Source: Mytilus trossulus (taxonomy: Eukaryota). Taken from it: DNA of 64,000 bases. Positions 12,150-24,191 of this stretch are shown here, one piece after another. Location of the stretch: assembly GCF_036588685.1 (NCBI RefSeq), contig NC_086381.1:2232001-2296000 (forward strand), written 5' to 3'. Made by a program: the position numbers and the translations under genes. The number at the start of each line of letters is the position of its first letter. Within the stretch, counting starts at the first letter, position 1. Below the pieces are notes generated by a model that was given only the letters and a program-made list of their open reading frames with translations, did not search any database and was not told the DNA's origin.

Positions 12150-13625
12150 ATTTGCATACAGGCAATAATTAAGAGGAGCATACATGTAGTTATAAACATA
12201 AACAGAACATCAAGCATATATATATAAACCAACATATAACAGTATCAAATTATGACATAGGTGGTGATGCGGATAAGGATTTTTTTTTTTATAAAAATAA
12301 TTCATGTACATGATGTACCTATTTTTTGATAATCAACATAGTATTCTAAAATTGGAAGCCAGGGGTCCCAGCAGATATTGGCCATATGAAAATGTTTTCT
12401 TTTAAAAAATACATTCTTTTCTAGTGCCAGAGATTCTTCGGGGTAGTTTTTAAGTCCTGTAAAACTTACCTTATTTTCACAGAGTTTTGTTCTGTAATTA
12501 TAGAATTTTGTCAGGAGTATTATTAAGTTTTTTATCATATCATTTCCGTTGTTACTTAAATTTCCAAATCAAAAAATATATATATTAAATGGAATGAATA
12601 TTTGTGTTTTGATTTAAATCCAATCACAAAGTTCAATCCATAAATCTGAAATTTATGGCATGTCCAAAATATGTGCTCAATATCTTCAATAGCTTCATTA
12701 AGAAAGTACATTTATCTGATTGTTTTATCTAAATTTTAAATAAAAATTCATTAGTGCCTATGACTCTGTGCACTATACTGTACTGGAACCAATGAAGTTT
12801 AGAGCTTTTTGTGGTGTAGAAAGACATATTGTGCACTTTTTTCCAATCAAAGTTTGTGTTTAATCTTAGAGACCATTTATCTTTACAACTAGGCCTTGTA
12901 CTACTTTTTATATGAGAAAACATTATACATATCTTTTGACCCTTTATTTGACAAAAAAAATTTCTAATATTATGTGGTAGAATTGGTCCATGAATTTCAT
13001 AAATATTTTCACGTTAATTTAACCCTATTATATATTCTTCAATATCTTACATGTTCAGCCCCCCCAAATTTATGTTCCAGACATAATATTTCTCTTTTAA
13101 TCTTGTCAGGCTGGTTTTCCTAAATAAATGAATATATTGTACGAATAAGTTGTTTCAGAGTAGTATTACATGGTGTTGGTAATGTTAAAAACAGATGATT
13201 TAATTTTGAAATAATTAGTGTCTTGATAATTGTTATCTTTCCCACTGGAGTAAGTGTTTGTCTAGACCAAATTTTGATTATATTTTCAATTTCATTTATT
13301 TTAGGATAATAGTTCAAAGATTCAATTTCTTGCAAATTGACAGAAAAGTTTATTCCTAATAGTGTAAACCTTCTGGAACCCCATTTCAATCCCCACTTTA
13401 CGCACATGGTGTCTTGGCTATCTTTTTCTTTCCTATCCACGCCACCTTTTTCTGGCTTAAGTTCATATGGAGACCAGACATTTCAGCATATTTATGTAAT
13501 AACCGGAGAGATGCGTCAAGGCACTCTGGTGAACCGTCAAGAATAATTGACGTGTCATCAGCATATCGAGAGATCAAATATTCAGTATCATCTATTTTCA
13601 TTCCCTTTATGACAAGACTTATCAC
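12150..13625 (-). mobile_element. L1/Tx1-clade LINE, 5'-truncated ORF2 relic (#1)
   Basis: EYLISRYADDTSIILDGS (RT), WSRQTLTPVGKITIIKTLIISKLNHLF, and the zf-RVT region SKLHWFQYSIVHRVIGTN. Frameshifted. Confidence 0.85.
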
Positions 13626-13774
13626 TTTATCTTTCCGATTGATACTTTCAACTTTGTCTTTGCAGTGTTTTAGTTTACCTAGCCATATACCTTTCTGTTT
13701 TATTTCTATTGAGTTGTAAGTCCCGAAAAAGATCCAAACGTTTCTACTAAATTAAGTGCATGTTGTATTTCATT

Positions 13775-14585
13775 TTAAGCTCACCTGGTCCGAAGGGCCA
13801 AGTGAGGTTTTCTCATCACTTGGCGTCCGTCGTCCGTCGTTTGTCATCGTCGTCCGTCGTCGTCGTCCGTCGTTAGCTTTTACAAAAGTCTTCTCCTCTT
13901 AAACTCCTAGGCCAAATTAAACCAAACTTGGCCACACTCATCATTGTGATATCTAGTTTAACCAAATGTGTGACGTGACCCGACCAACCAACAAAGATGG
14001 CCGCCATGACTAAAAATAGAACATAGGGGTAAAATGTAGATTTTGGCTTGTAACTCTGAAACCAAAGCCTAAAGAGTTATTCAGACATGGGGATTAAATA
14101 GTTGTTCAAGTCAAGATCTATTTGGCCTGAAATTTTCAGATGAATCCGACAACTGGTTGTTTGGTTACTGCCCCTGAATTGGAAATGTTTAAGGAAAGTT
14201 TGCTGTTTTTGGTGACTATCTTGAATATTATTATAGGTAAAGATAAACTGTAAACAGCAATAATGTTCAGCAAAGTAAGATCAACAAGTAAATCAATATG
14301 ACCAAAAAGGTCAGTTGACCCCTTAAGGAGTTATTGCCCTTTATTGTCAATTTTTTAATATTTTTTGTAATTTTAAATGTTAACAAAATATTTTCATCTG
14401 TAACTAATGGGCCAAGTTCATTATAAATTGAGATAATTGTAAGAAGCAAGAATGTTCAGTAAAGTAAGATCTACAAACACATCACCATCACCAAAACACA
14501 AGTTTGTCCTAAATCCATCTGTGTCCTTTGTTTAATATGCACATAGACCAAAGTGAGCGACACATGCTCTTCAGAGCCTCTAGTT
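13775..14585 (+). mobile_element. HINE / pearl-like non-autonomous Helentron
   Basis: 5' GCTCACCT with a nearby inverted AAGTGAG, a (CGTC/CGT)n microsatellite, a 3' AAGTGAGCG and a terminal palindrome GCTCT-TC-AGAGC. Inserted at a TT site inside the L1 RT. Confidence 0.85.
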
Positions 14586-15146
14586 AGATCTTAAAAAGAG
14601 AGTTGTATCATCTGCTAGCTGTGAGATTTTAAGGCTGTGAGTTTTTTTTTATCAATTTTTATTTGTATCCCTTTCAGATCATTATTATCTCTTATTCTAC
14701 AAGCCATTATTACAACAGACAATAACGCGCTTAAAGGTCATCCTTGTCTAATTCCCTGTTGAATCCTGCAGGTTTCAGAAATCACCCGTTATTTAAAATA
14801 CATCCTTTTATATCATAATAAAGTGTTTTGACCCACTTTTGAAAAGACTTATTAAATCCATTTTTTTAATGATTCCAGCAAGAAGTCCCATTCGAGTGTA
14901 TTTGACGTACGTTGAATCCTATCGATTTTTATCATAACCATTTTTATCTCTATGTATAATAAGGGGTAAGATCATTTTTAGTCTTTGTGCTAAGGTATAT
15001 GTAATAAGCTTTATATCAGTATTCAACAAAGTAATTGGACGGTAACTATCTATTAAGGACAAAAGGTCAATTTGTTTGAAAATCAATGATATTATCCCAG
15101 TCTTTTTGGTGTCAGATAAAGTTTTATTATCATTACATGTGTTAGA

Positions 15147-15318
15147 TAGTTATCAACATTACCAGGATTATAATTTTATACGCCAGACGCGCGTTTCGTC
15201 TACATAAGACTCATCAGTGACGCTCAGATCAAAATAGTTAAAAAGCCAAATAAATACAAAGTTGAAGAGCATTGAGGATCCAAAATTCCAAAATGTTGTG
15301 CCAAATACGGCTAAGGTA
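15147..15318 (-). mobile_element. Retrozyme family B copy, 5'-truncated, with TTAGA TSD
   Basis: Homology to the other family B copies. TTAGA occurs at 15142-15146 and 15341-15345. Confidence 0.85.
15179..15226 (-). ncRNA. Type I hammerhead ribozyme (intact core)
   Basis: Minus strand GCGTCA-CTGATGA-GTCT-TATGT-AGAC-GAAA-CGCGCG-TC-TGGCGT. It has the CUGAUGA and GAAA cores, stem II GTCT/AGAC, a palindromic minimal stem III, a GUC cleavage triplet and stem I GCGTCA/TGGCGT. Confidence 0.9.
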
Positions 15319-16554
15319 AAAATTAAGAAAATTAAGAAAATTAGAAACATTCAATACAATATGCTTTAAATTTGGCCAAAATTGTCGACAAAACTCATTA
15401 TTTGTAAGATTAAAATTTTGCTCATAATAATATTGATTATTTTTCCTATCAGGTAATTTGTGTAATCATTTTTTTAAAAGATTTACTTTGTTTTCCATTA
15501 CTAAAATATCATTTTTCCTTTCTTTGACTTTTGATAACCAGTATTGTATAGTAGACTCTCTTATGTCAGTTTTTAGCAGGTCCAACTGATTCAGGACATT
15601 TGTAAGATTAAAATTTTTCTCATAATTTTAAATTAACTTATTTATTAGTTTATTATACTGAGTATCAGTCAATTCATTTAAAAATATCCCTTACCCCGAT
15701 TGTTTGCATAAATGTCTAATTTAAGCAAAGTAGCCAGGTGGTCTGTGAATGAAATTTGTGCAGGCCTGATATCAGCAGATACAGTGTTTATGCGTGCTTG
15801 TGCGCATATTATGAATAAGTCTATTCTACTAACTTAATTTCAATTTTGTAGAATTTTTCCATTTCCATATGTAATGTTTTTACCTTTATTTAATTGTTTC
15901 CAAATGTCTATCAATTTATGTGTTTTAATTAATAATTGTTTTAAACCACTGACTGGCTTTTAAAACTTTGTATGTTTTTTTTTTTTTGTTTTTTTTTTAT
16001 CTAAAGTTGAGAGAAGATCATTCATATCGATCTCCCCCTACTATTAGAGCACCATGAGTGTGTTCTTCATTTAATTTACTTACTTTTTTTTTTATAAAAT
16101 TGGTTTCTTGCATGAACTTCATTAGGTGCATACAAGTTTACTAAGGTGAAGATCTTATCTTGAATTTATATATTGATTAAAATAATTCTCTCTTTTTTAT
16201 CGCAAAATTCATTAATTAATTTAAGTCCTTTAAAGTCAAATGATTTATTAATATAAAAAAAAAATCGATCCCCTTGAATTTGTTGTGCCTAGGCTATGAA
16301 GATGTTTACCATGGCATTCACTATTAACTTGCTTTATCAAATCTTTTGACAAGTGAGTTTCTTGTGCCATTAAAATGTCGCATTTCAGTTGATGAAACCA
16401 AGAGAATAATCTAAAGCTTTTTACCTTTCTCGCTATACCTTGCAATTAAGTAAGCAAATGTGAAAGTTTTTTGTTTTCATTGTAGTACATTTGTATTAAA
16501 ACAGTTCAATTGTCAATCTCTTAAACGTTTTATTTAAATCTATCAAAATGTATA

Positions 16555-16601
16555 ACGCGTCTGGCGTACTAAATTATAATCCCGGAACCTTTGATAACTA
16601 T
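16555..16601 (+). repeat. Retrozyme family B 3'-terminal fragment
   Basis: ACGCGTCTGGCGTACTAAATTATAATCCCGGAACCTTTGATAACTAT. Confidence 0.8.
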
Positions 16602-17669
16602 ATTAACCTGTTCTATGTATCGTAACCCAGATAAACAGGAAGCTTTTTTTAAGAGTTATAAATAGCTCAAGGATAATTTCTATTTTTAGCTTCATTACTG
16701 ACTTACCGAAAACGTCTTGTATTTTGTCAACACTAACATTGTCCCATTATGTAATTTTGATAGCGCGTGTGGTTCTTGTGTATTTAAAACTTTCGTTTGC
16801 TTTTAGAGATATGGAATAAATCGTGCCACATAATGTTGTTAACCAAATGACTTTATGTAAAGTGCTAAATAAATGAAATATGTGCACAACGAAAAAGTGT
16901 GTGATATTTGAGTTATGATTATGTTCATATCCTGAAGAAAATAACATCTGAATAAAGTCTTTTACCGAAAATGTTCTCTTATAATTAAAGGATACTGGCA
17001 GTTTAAACTTTTTACTTGATTTCAAGAATCTCTTTTGAAAAAGGATAAATGTGTCCTTACATGTATAATAAAATTGTAGATAGCTATGTGAAGTAAAAGT
17101 GATTTTTCCCCCATTGCTGCATTTCAATAATTTAGTGCTCCAACCAATGATGCAATTTTGTTTTAGATGTGCGTGGAACGAATTTTTTTATCCAAGCAGA
17201 TTTACCAACTTTAAATTCATAGTCTGTACAATTTTCATTTACAAATAATTTCATATATATGCTGTATTTACCTCATTTTTAAATAAACAACTATTCTGAT
17301 ATTTCTCTTTGGAATGTATTCTATCTACAGTATAGACATTACATTCACAAATTACAATTTTGGTCACTTGATAAATAGTATGTTTATGATACAAATTAAA
17401 CAAAGACATATATACAATGTATCACTCAGTTTGTTTTGTATTTAATAGGATATTCCTGTTGGTTAAAGCTGACGGAAAAATGTTTTTCAAAGCGTAAAAT
17501 TAAACCAGCTAAAGCATGTAAGTACCTTGTTTTCTAAAAGACAATGTTTCTTGTATGGTAAAATTATGCAGCTAGCATCGAACACAAAAACCATAAATAA
17601 TGACAATATATTGGTAAAGCCAAACTAGTATTTAACATTGAAGCAGGAGCAAAAAATGAACAAAGTAAC

Positions 17670-17835
17670 TAGTTTTTCACTAGTAATTTAGGGGCCCTTT
17701 ATAGCTGTTTGTTCGGTGTGAGCCAAGTCTCCGTGTTGAAGGTCGTACATTGACCTATAATGGTTTACTTTTATAAATGGTTATTTGGATGGAGAGTTGT
17801 CTCATTGGCACTCACACCACATCTTCCTATGTCTA
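17670..17835 (+). repeat. Dispersed repeat family A
   Basis: GGGGCCCTTTATAGCTG...TTGAAGGTCGTACATTGACCTATA...GAGAGTTGTCTCATTGGCACTCACACCACATCTTCC; near-identical to 31310-31470. Confidence 0.85.
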
Positions 17836-18194
17836 TAAACATGATAAACAGTAAAAGTTATTATATACAAAAACAATAGATAAAATAAAATAACACGTCA
17901 TTAAGTGATAAACAACGTCAGTATATTTCAAGACCATCATGAATTATTTGTGAAGTTGATGAAGAATATTTAACAACAAGGGACCGGTAACAAGAAATTA
18001 AATTAAGAGAGGTCGTAAGTATTGAATTGAGGGGAAAAAAAGATAATTCTAACATCATTCAAAGAGTGTAAATCAAAGCTCCCTCAGGTTGTTCGTAGAT
18101 TTGTATTATTTCCCCCTTCAGTTTCATCGTAGTAGTTTTCAAATTACTTAATAAGTTCTTAATAATTTTCTGACGTTTCTGTTTGTGTTCCTCA

Positions 18195-19370
18195 TGTAAC
18201 GTGTAACCGGGCGATCAATGAATCCGTTTCTGAATAAATCAGAATTTCAAGTGTTCAACTCACATTTTAACCACAACCAGTTGTCCTATTCAAAACAATT
18301 AACACATCCTTAAATTGATTCATAACAAAAACTATATACACAGCACAATGCACATAAATCAAAATGAAAGGTGCAGTACCTCCTTCACAATGCATAAACA
18401 CACTGTATCATAACAGAATATAGATATACACAATGTCACTATGCAGTCACTATGCAACATGTATCAGACCGATTTATTCACAATGTCACTAACAGATTAT
18501 TATGAAACATGCCTACGGCCCTTTTTTACACCATGTCACCCACAGATTACTTTGCAACATGTATCAAGTAAGTATCACACAAATGTATGAACACAAAATC
18601 ACATATATACAACATATATTAACAATATCCACCAATTTGTAATATAACCGTTTGAATGTTCAATAAACCTCAATAACACGATGACACAATTACACTTGTA
18701 CAAATCCTCAATGCACAATGAATATACAATCAAATAAACACAGCTAAACTCACGCACTAACTATCCCTTTGAGTCCCCACACACTGAATATTATCCAACT
18801 GGTAAGGTTTAACACAGTCACTTTCACTAATACACTTCCACAATATAACAACTTGCAACACCAGCAAGTAAACACCTTGTATTCTCACTAATACAAATCT
18901 ATGAAGTATTCACACTTCCACATAGTACAACTTGCAACACCAGCTAGTATACACCTTGTATTCTCATTAAAACAATAACCACTTATATACATCAGATTCA
19001 CTTTATACATTGTATCACAATCACTATTGCAATATCCACATATAAATCCGAACATTATTTTATATCCTTTGGAATCACTTAATTCACTTTACTTACCAGT
19101 TGGAGAATAATCCCTGATGTTATCGCTGCAACGGTCCACATATAACTATCAAAATTTCTCTGTCTTTAGCTGGTTTATATACTATCGTATAGAACGGTCC
19201 ATTATACTGGAAGTGGTGAAAATCAAGTATATACCAACTGTAGGGGTGTTTTAAGTAATAGATGGTGCGTCAACTATGGAGAAACTTATTAACATATAGA
19301 AACACAATAAATAGGAAAAGAACTGGTGTTTCACATAGAAAGAAATGAACTATGACCAATTTCCGTTACA
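18195..19370 (-). mobile_element. Solo LTR (Gypsy-like), ~1.18 kb
   Basis: Termini are TGTAACG...CGTTACA, with flanks CTCA/CTCG (4-bp TSD, one mismatch). Strong strand compositional skew, a TATATAAA on the minus strand at ~19175, and an internal ~60-bp duplication (18833-18890 / 18912-18970). Orientation is inferred. Confidence 0.65.
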
Positions 19371-19544
19371 CTCGCAAAGAAATTTGAATTACCTTCAATG
19401 AATCATCAAAACGTTTCAATGAACGACAAAAGAGAATAGCAATCAACTACCCATTTAACCAAGGAAAACAATTCTTGCCTCAGACCACCGTTATATATTT
19501 ATATTTTTTGTCACATTTTGAAAGCCTTCTAACAAAAAATTAAA

Positions 19545-20100
19545 TCCCAAAAACACTGAGGAAAAATCAAAACGGTAAGTCTCTAACCAAATGGCAAAAT
19601 TAAATGATAAAACACATCAAACGAATGGACGACACTTTTCATATTCCTAACTTGTTACGGGCATTTTCAAATGTATAAATTGGTGGATTGAACCTGGTTT
19701 AAAGCGCTTAACCTCTCACTTGAATGACAGTCTTACCAAACAGCGTTATTTCGATAACATTGGGTGAACAAAGAACACAATAGGTAAAACTGTCACAAAT
19801 AGGTGTATAACAGCCACACGAAACCCACTTAACACTGGGGATGATTTCAGATGATTCAGAAAGATAAGCAGATCTTGCTTCACCTGTGGCACCCATGGCG
19901 TTGCTCATTATATTACGAAACCGGTAAATAGTAAGGTAACATTCGTGCAAAGGGAATGCGACTGTAGTCACGACATAATGAACATATCCGATATCATCTG
20001 TGTAACGGATATTCCTTAAACGGTCAACCAACTCATGATGGCTTCCGTAAAATTTAAAAAGTGATGATTTCAACTTCACCATCTGGAACTCTTGGTTTAA
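19545..20100 (-). mobile_element. Penelope-like retroelement 3' fragment (RT C-terminus plus downstream region)
   Basis: MVKLKSSLFKFYGSHHELVDR resembles the C-terminal RT thumb motif of molluscan Penelope-like elements. Related pieces lie at ~34000-34240 (-), 48215-48400 (+) and 50045-50230 (+). Confidence 0.55.
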
Positions 20101-21639
20101 AAATTACAAAAGGTCACAAATTTCTCCTTGCTTTAAATTTAACACTTCTCTCAACAAGCCAAAATTGTAATGATTTACATTAAAGAGAAACTACCATCAT
20201 CAACACACATAGCCGAGTAAATACTGATATTTAATTTCCAATTCAGATTAAATAATAATTAGAATAAAAAAGTTCTAAAAGAGGGACGAAAGATACCAAA
20301 GGGACAGTCAAGGTTCACGTATTAACGTTTTTATTCTATTATAAACAAATGAATGTACAACTAAGAGTAGTCTGGACCACTTTTAAAACAAATATCAAGT
20401 GAACCTATTGCGAATTGTTCTTTGAACATCCCTAACTTGCTAAGATTGTTTTTAGAACACTTAATAACTGACCAAAATTTAAGAATGATTTTGTGTTACC
20501 GGACATAGTAAGATCGCTTTAAAGGAGACGTTAGAATCGTTCTTAAATCTTGTACTTTTTTCAAAACATTAAGGGCTGTCAATCATTTTAAGATAGGTCT
20601 GAGTTTGGGTCTTGTTACATTTTTAAATCTTAAGACGCCCTTAAGACGTTAGTAAGACATAAGAATGCTTTTGTTACCGGCCCAAGGTCTATGCATTTTC
20701 CGATGAACATTTTTAGACGTCCTTTTGGCATAATCCTTGTTAATTAACTTTCTGTTAAGACTCTTCATTACTTTGATTTGTATTTCTTTTCACAACCATA
20801 CCCTATCGTCAAAAAGAATGTATTCCACACTGCATTTCAATATATAAAGGCATATCTTTAGGTAAGCTTAAATTATTTATTTCACTTGACGAGCTTAGAA
20901 ACTCAATATTTCAGTACCTCTAGCAATTCACTTTCTCAGGTGTTTATCATTTACAGTAAGTGATTTAACATGACCATTCGAATTATATGTGCATTTCAAA
21001 AAAGAACAAAGGTAATAAGAAGGTTATGATTGTACATCTTTTGTGGATCAAGGTTTATGATGCCTTCTACTGTTTGAAATTTTGGATGCAATATACTTTT
21101 ATCTTTGAAGTTAAATTAAATTATTTGTCACAAAGAACTGTAATTGTTAATATTTATACCATCCACACATTCAACATAAATTTATAAGTTCACATTTTTA
21201 CAATGGGTTAGGGTAAGGGTAAGGGTTACAAAAAAACAAAAAAACAAAAAACAATTTTTATGACAACCAATTAATATTGGAATGAGAAAATAATACAACT
21301 ATTTATTCGTGTTTGTTTTATCTTCAAGTTCATTTTTTGGGGTATTCGGCTTCTTAGAGTGATGGAGAAATACACTCATACATACACGGACCTAATATAA
21401 ATTGACCATAACACCATAGTTAAATACTACATGGAATTATATGACGATAGAACTAACATTGTGTATACTATTTATAGGTTTAGCGACGTTTTTGTTCCTG
21501 TGCATTCAGTTAGGTTGTTTGGTTGGCGTATCTACAATGTCCTATATGAATGTGGAGAACAGTGATGGCCGTAAGTAACACTTTTTTGCCCAATATAAAG
21601 TTATTGACACTCAGCAAAAATATAACGACAAGGCTGATT

Positions 21640-21820
21640 GGGCCACATGCTATGTACACATGTGAAACGCATGTATTTGAAACTACATGTGACACATGTG
21701 CTATTTGCATGTGTCCCCTGTGTTTAATCTTAATTATTATAATAAGTATGAACATTTTACATGAATTTCACATGACATTTATCACAGGATGAAAATAATG
21801 TTAAAAACTTAAACTTTTGT
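21640..21820. repeat. CACATGTG-rich MITE-like repeat fragment
   Basis: Dense ACATGTG/CACATG motifs, with related blocks at 33030-33235, 52300-52400 and 53160-53390. Confidence 0.5.
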
Positions 21821-23802
21821 AACAATGTAATTGCTTGTGATGTACATGATGTATATGTATGATATTATCATTACTTTAAACATTATAGGTTATTTGAAAA
21901 AAATCAGTTTTCTCAATGTTAATGTGAAAATTGAACAATAATTGCTAAAAACAAGCAATCAACTTTTCCATGTTACAGTTTTCATAAATTTCAAGAATAT
22001 AAATATCTTTTTTCAACTGTTATGTCCATAATGTTATTTTTTTAAGGAGGGCGAAGGGACCAGATACCGGTTCTAATTGACTCGATTTTCTGTCGAAACT
22101 TTCCCGTTGAATAAAGATCTAATAACAATAACTAAAATGTATATTAAAAGTAAATTGTATAAAAAAATTTGACGTAAAATAGTTACAAAATGTCCATATA
22201 TACTGGTAAACGATCTGTTGACGAGTCTTTTGATGTCGTCTAGTATCGATGTCAACACTTGCCGGAAACGCCGTGTAAATATTACTGTCATATATTCTGG
22301 ATTATTTTGACATTCAAAATTGTTTTAAAATCAAACTGTCACTAACGCAAAGTTAGATATAATATCTTATATCTTTGAGTGAAATATATTTTATTAAATG
22401 TTATGTAACATAAAAAGTATATTACGGCGTTCGTTCTCAACTGATTGACAAACTGTGTCAAAATATGAGTAGCGAACATCCTTAATATATTTAGTCTTCA
22501 AAACAAATAGTTTACAAGAGAAATGATACACTTACTGATATTTCTTAAAGAGGATCTTTTTAACAGTCATATTGCACGTGTCTCAAGATTTATATTACTT
22601 TCACACATACATTGTGTACTGTATCATTATTTATTTCCAGTAATCAAATTATGTGGACAGTAAATGATAACGCAAATATGTTTGAATAAAACTTAAAGAA
22701 GGTATTACTACATATCCTAACATGCTGATTGTAATGTTTACGTTGTCATCATTAATCCATGCCCCAATGCTTTCTATGTTGAATTCCTCAATTTCGAGCA
22801 GGCACAGCTGTTTTGTTTTAAGTTCAAATAAAATAACATTCACTGCATGTCAAAACTATACTTTAGGGTGCATTGTACTGAAAAATTAACATACCTTTAA
22901 TGACATGTAAGAAAGAACTAGTTGCCGGAACTTTGGATGTGCCAACACGGGGTATTTCAGATCTAACAAACAGACAAAATATACCCTCTTTTTAAAATTT
23001 GATGCAGTTTTTAAATATTCTAAATTACAAGTCAAAAAGTGTTCTACAATGATTATCAATAACTCAGCTTTCATATGATACCAAACATAAATAAATATTC
23101 TACATATTTTGAAAGTTGCACTCATGCGAAGGAAATAGTTTGTGTTAAATTTGTTCTACTTTCTGGTATGTGCTGTCTGGCTTGGCCCAAATTAGTGGTT
23201 TTACATCAAAACACTGATGGCGATGCAGACGATTTGATCATTTTAGATTTAATATTGTTTAAATACCTTTTAAAAAATATAAATTGCTATGAACATATCC
23301 TTGTATAGAAAGTATTTAAGGGACAATTTAACATTTGAAAAAGGAAAATTTGACTGCAACAGTTTTTAAGCGAAAATTTGGTTCCATAAACATAACGGCG
23401 TACATAAATATTTGCTACTAAATCGATGTTATTTCTTCGACTGAGGTGCATTTTGTAGCACAACTTGATAGAGGTTTCCAGATAAAGTAGTATAAAAATT
23501 TTCAATTGATACGATAAAATATTACACACCATTAATGCAGCTTTCTACACCTCCTATTCCCTTGAAGGAATCTGAGTTTTGTCCTGTTGATTTCTATACT
23601 TTATGGTTTTTCCTGCGGTCCACCCCTATTTTGGCATCGTCTCTCTTCTTCACAGAAAAAGACCTATTCTTTGTCTCTTTTTTGGTGTTGCCCAACTTGT
23701 CTTTATTTTCCTTAGCAGATTTATGGACAACGCCAAGAGCAGATACCATCATCAAATTTTTGTCACACACTGCTATCTTCCTTTTGTTGCTGACGGCACT
23801 AC

Positions 23803-24180
23803 TAAATAAAGGCAAAAGTAATATACCGCTGTTCGAAATTCATAAATCGATCGAGAAAAAAACAAATCCGGGTTACAAACTGACACTGAGGGAAATGCAT
23901 CAAATATAAGAGGAGAACTACAACACAACAGAAACAAATCATTAAAATATAGCACACACAGAAACGAACTATTATATAACAATGTCCATTGTCCTGACTT
24001 GGTACATGACATTTTAAGAAAAGAAATGTGGGTTGAACCTAGTTTTGTGGCATGCGAAACCTCCCGGTTATATGGCAATGTTAAATATAACATTAAAAAG
24101 ACAAGACTACAACGCAGATAAATTGGGAAAAACATATAGGACAGAGAAACACACGAATAATAGCTAACAAAAAGAACTAG
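23803..24180 (-). repeat. Dispersed repeat family D
   Basis: Reverse complement of 26500-26866 and 57456-58280. The shared 3' end is GAACAGCGGTATACTACTGTTGCCTTTATTT. Confidence 0.85.
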
Positions 24181-24191
24181 ATTTTTAAATA

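Larger units (their letters stand above)
13626..16450 (-). mobile_element. L1/Tx1-clade LINE ORF2 relic (#2), endonuclease to RT, interrupted by a HINE and a retrozyme
   Basis: APE N-terminus ...FSWFHQLKCDILMAQETH (16248-16445). LKISQLADDTTLFLRS at ~14590-14635 continues across the HINE as EIQHALNLVETFGSFSGL. Confidence 0.8.
17981..20683. mobile_element. Probable PIF/Harbinger-like MITE expanded by nested insertions
   Basis: Termini GGACCGGTAACAA / TTGTTACCGGCCC with AAG on both flanks. Contains the solo LTR and a Penelope-like fragment. Confidence 0.45.

Noticed and set aside
17449-17517. Possible small exon (TAG|...|GTAAGT)
   Set aside because: No partner exons or coding signal; such sites arise by chance in AT-rich DNA.
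23535-23815. Lys-rich minus-strand ORF and overlapping plus-strand ORFs
   Set aside because: No recognisable domain, and the start lies inside a family D repeat. A decayed exon cannot be excluded.
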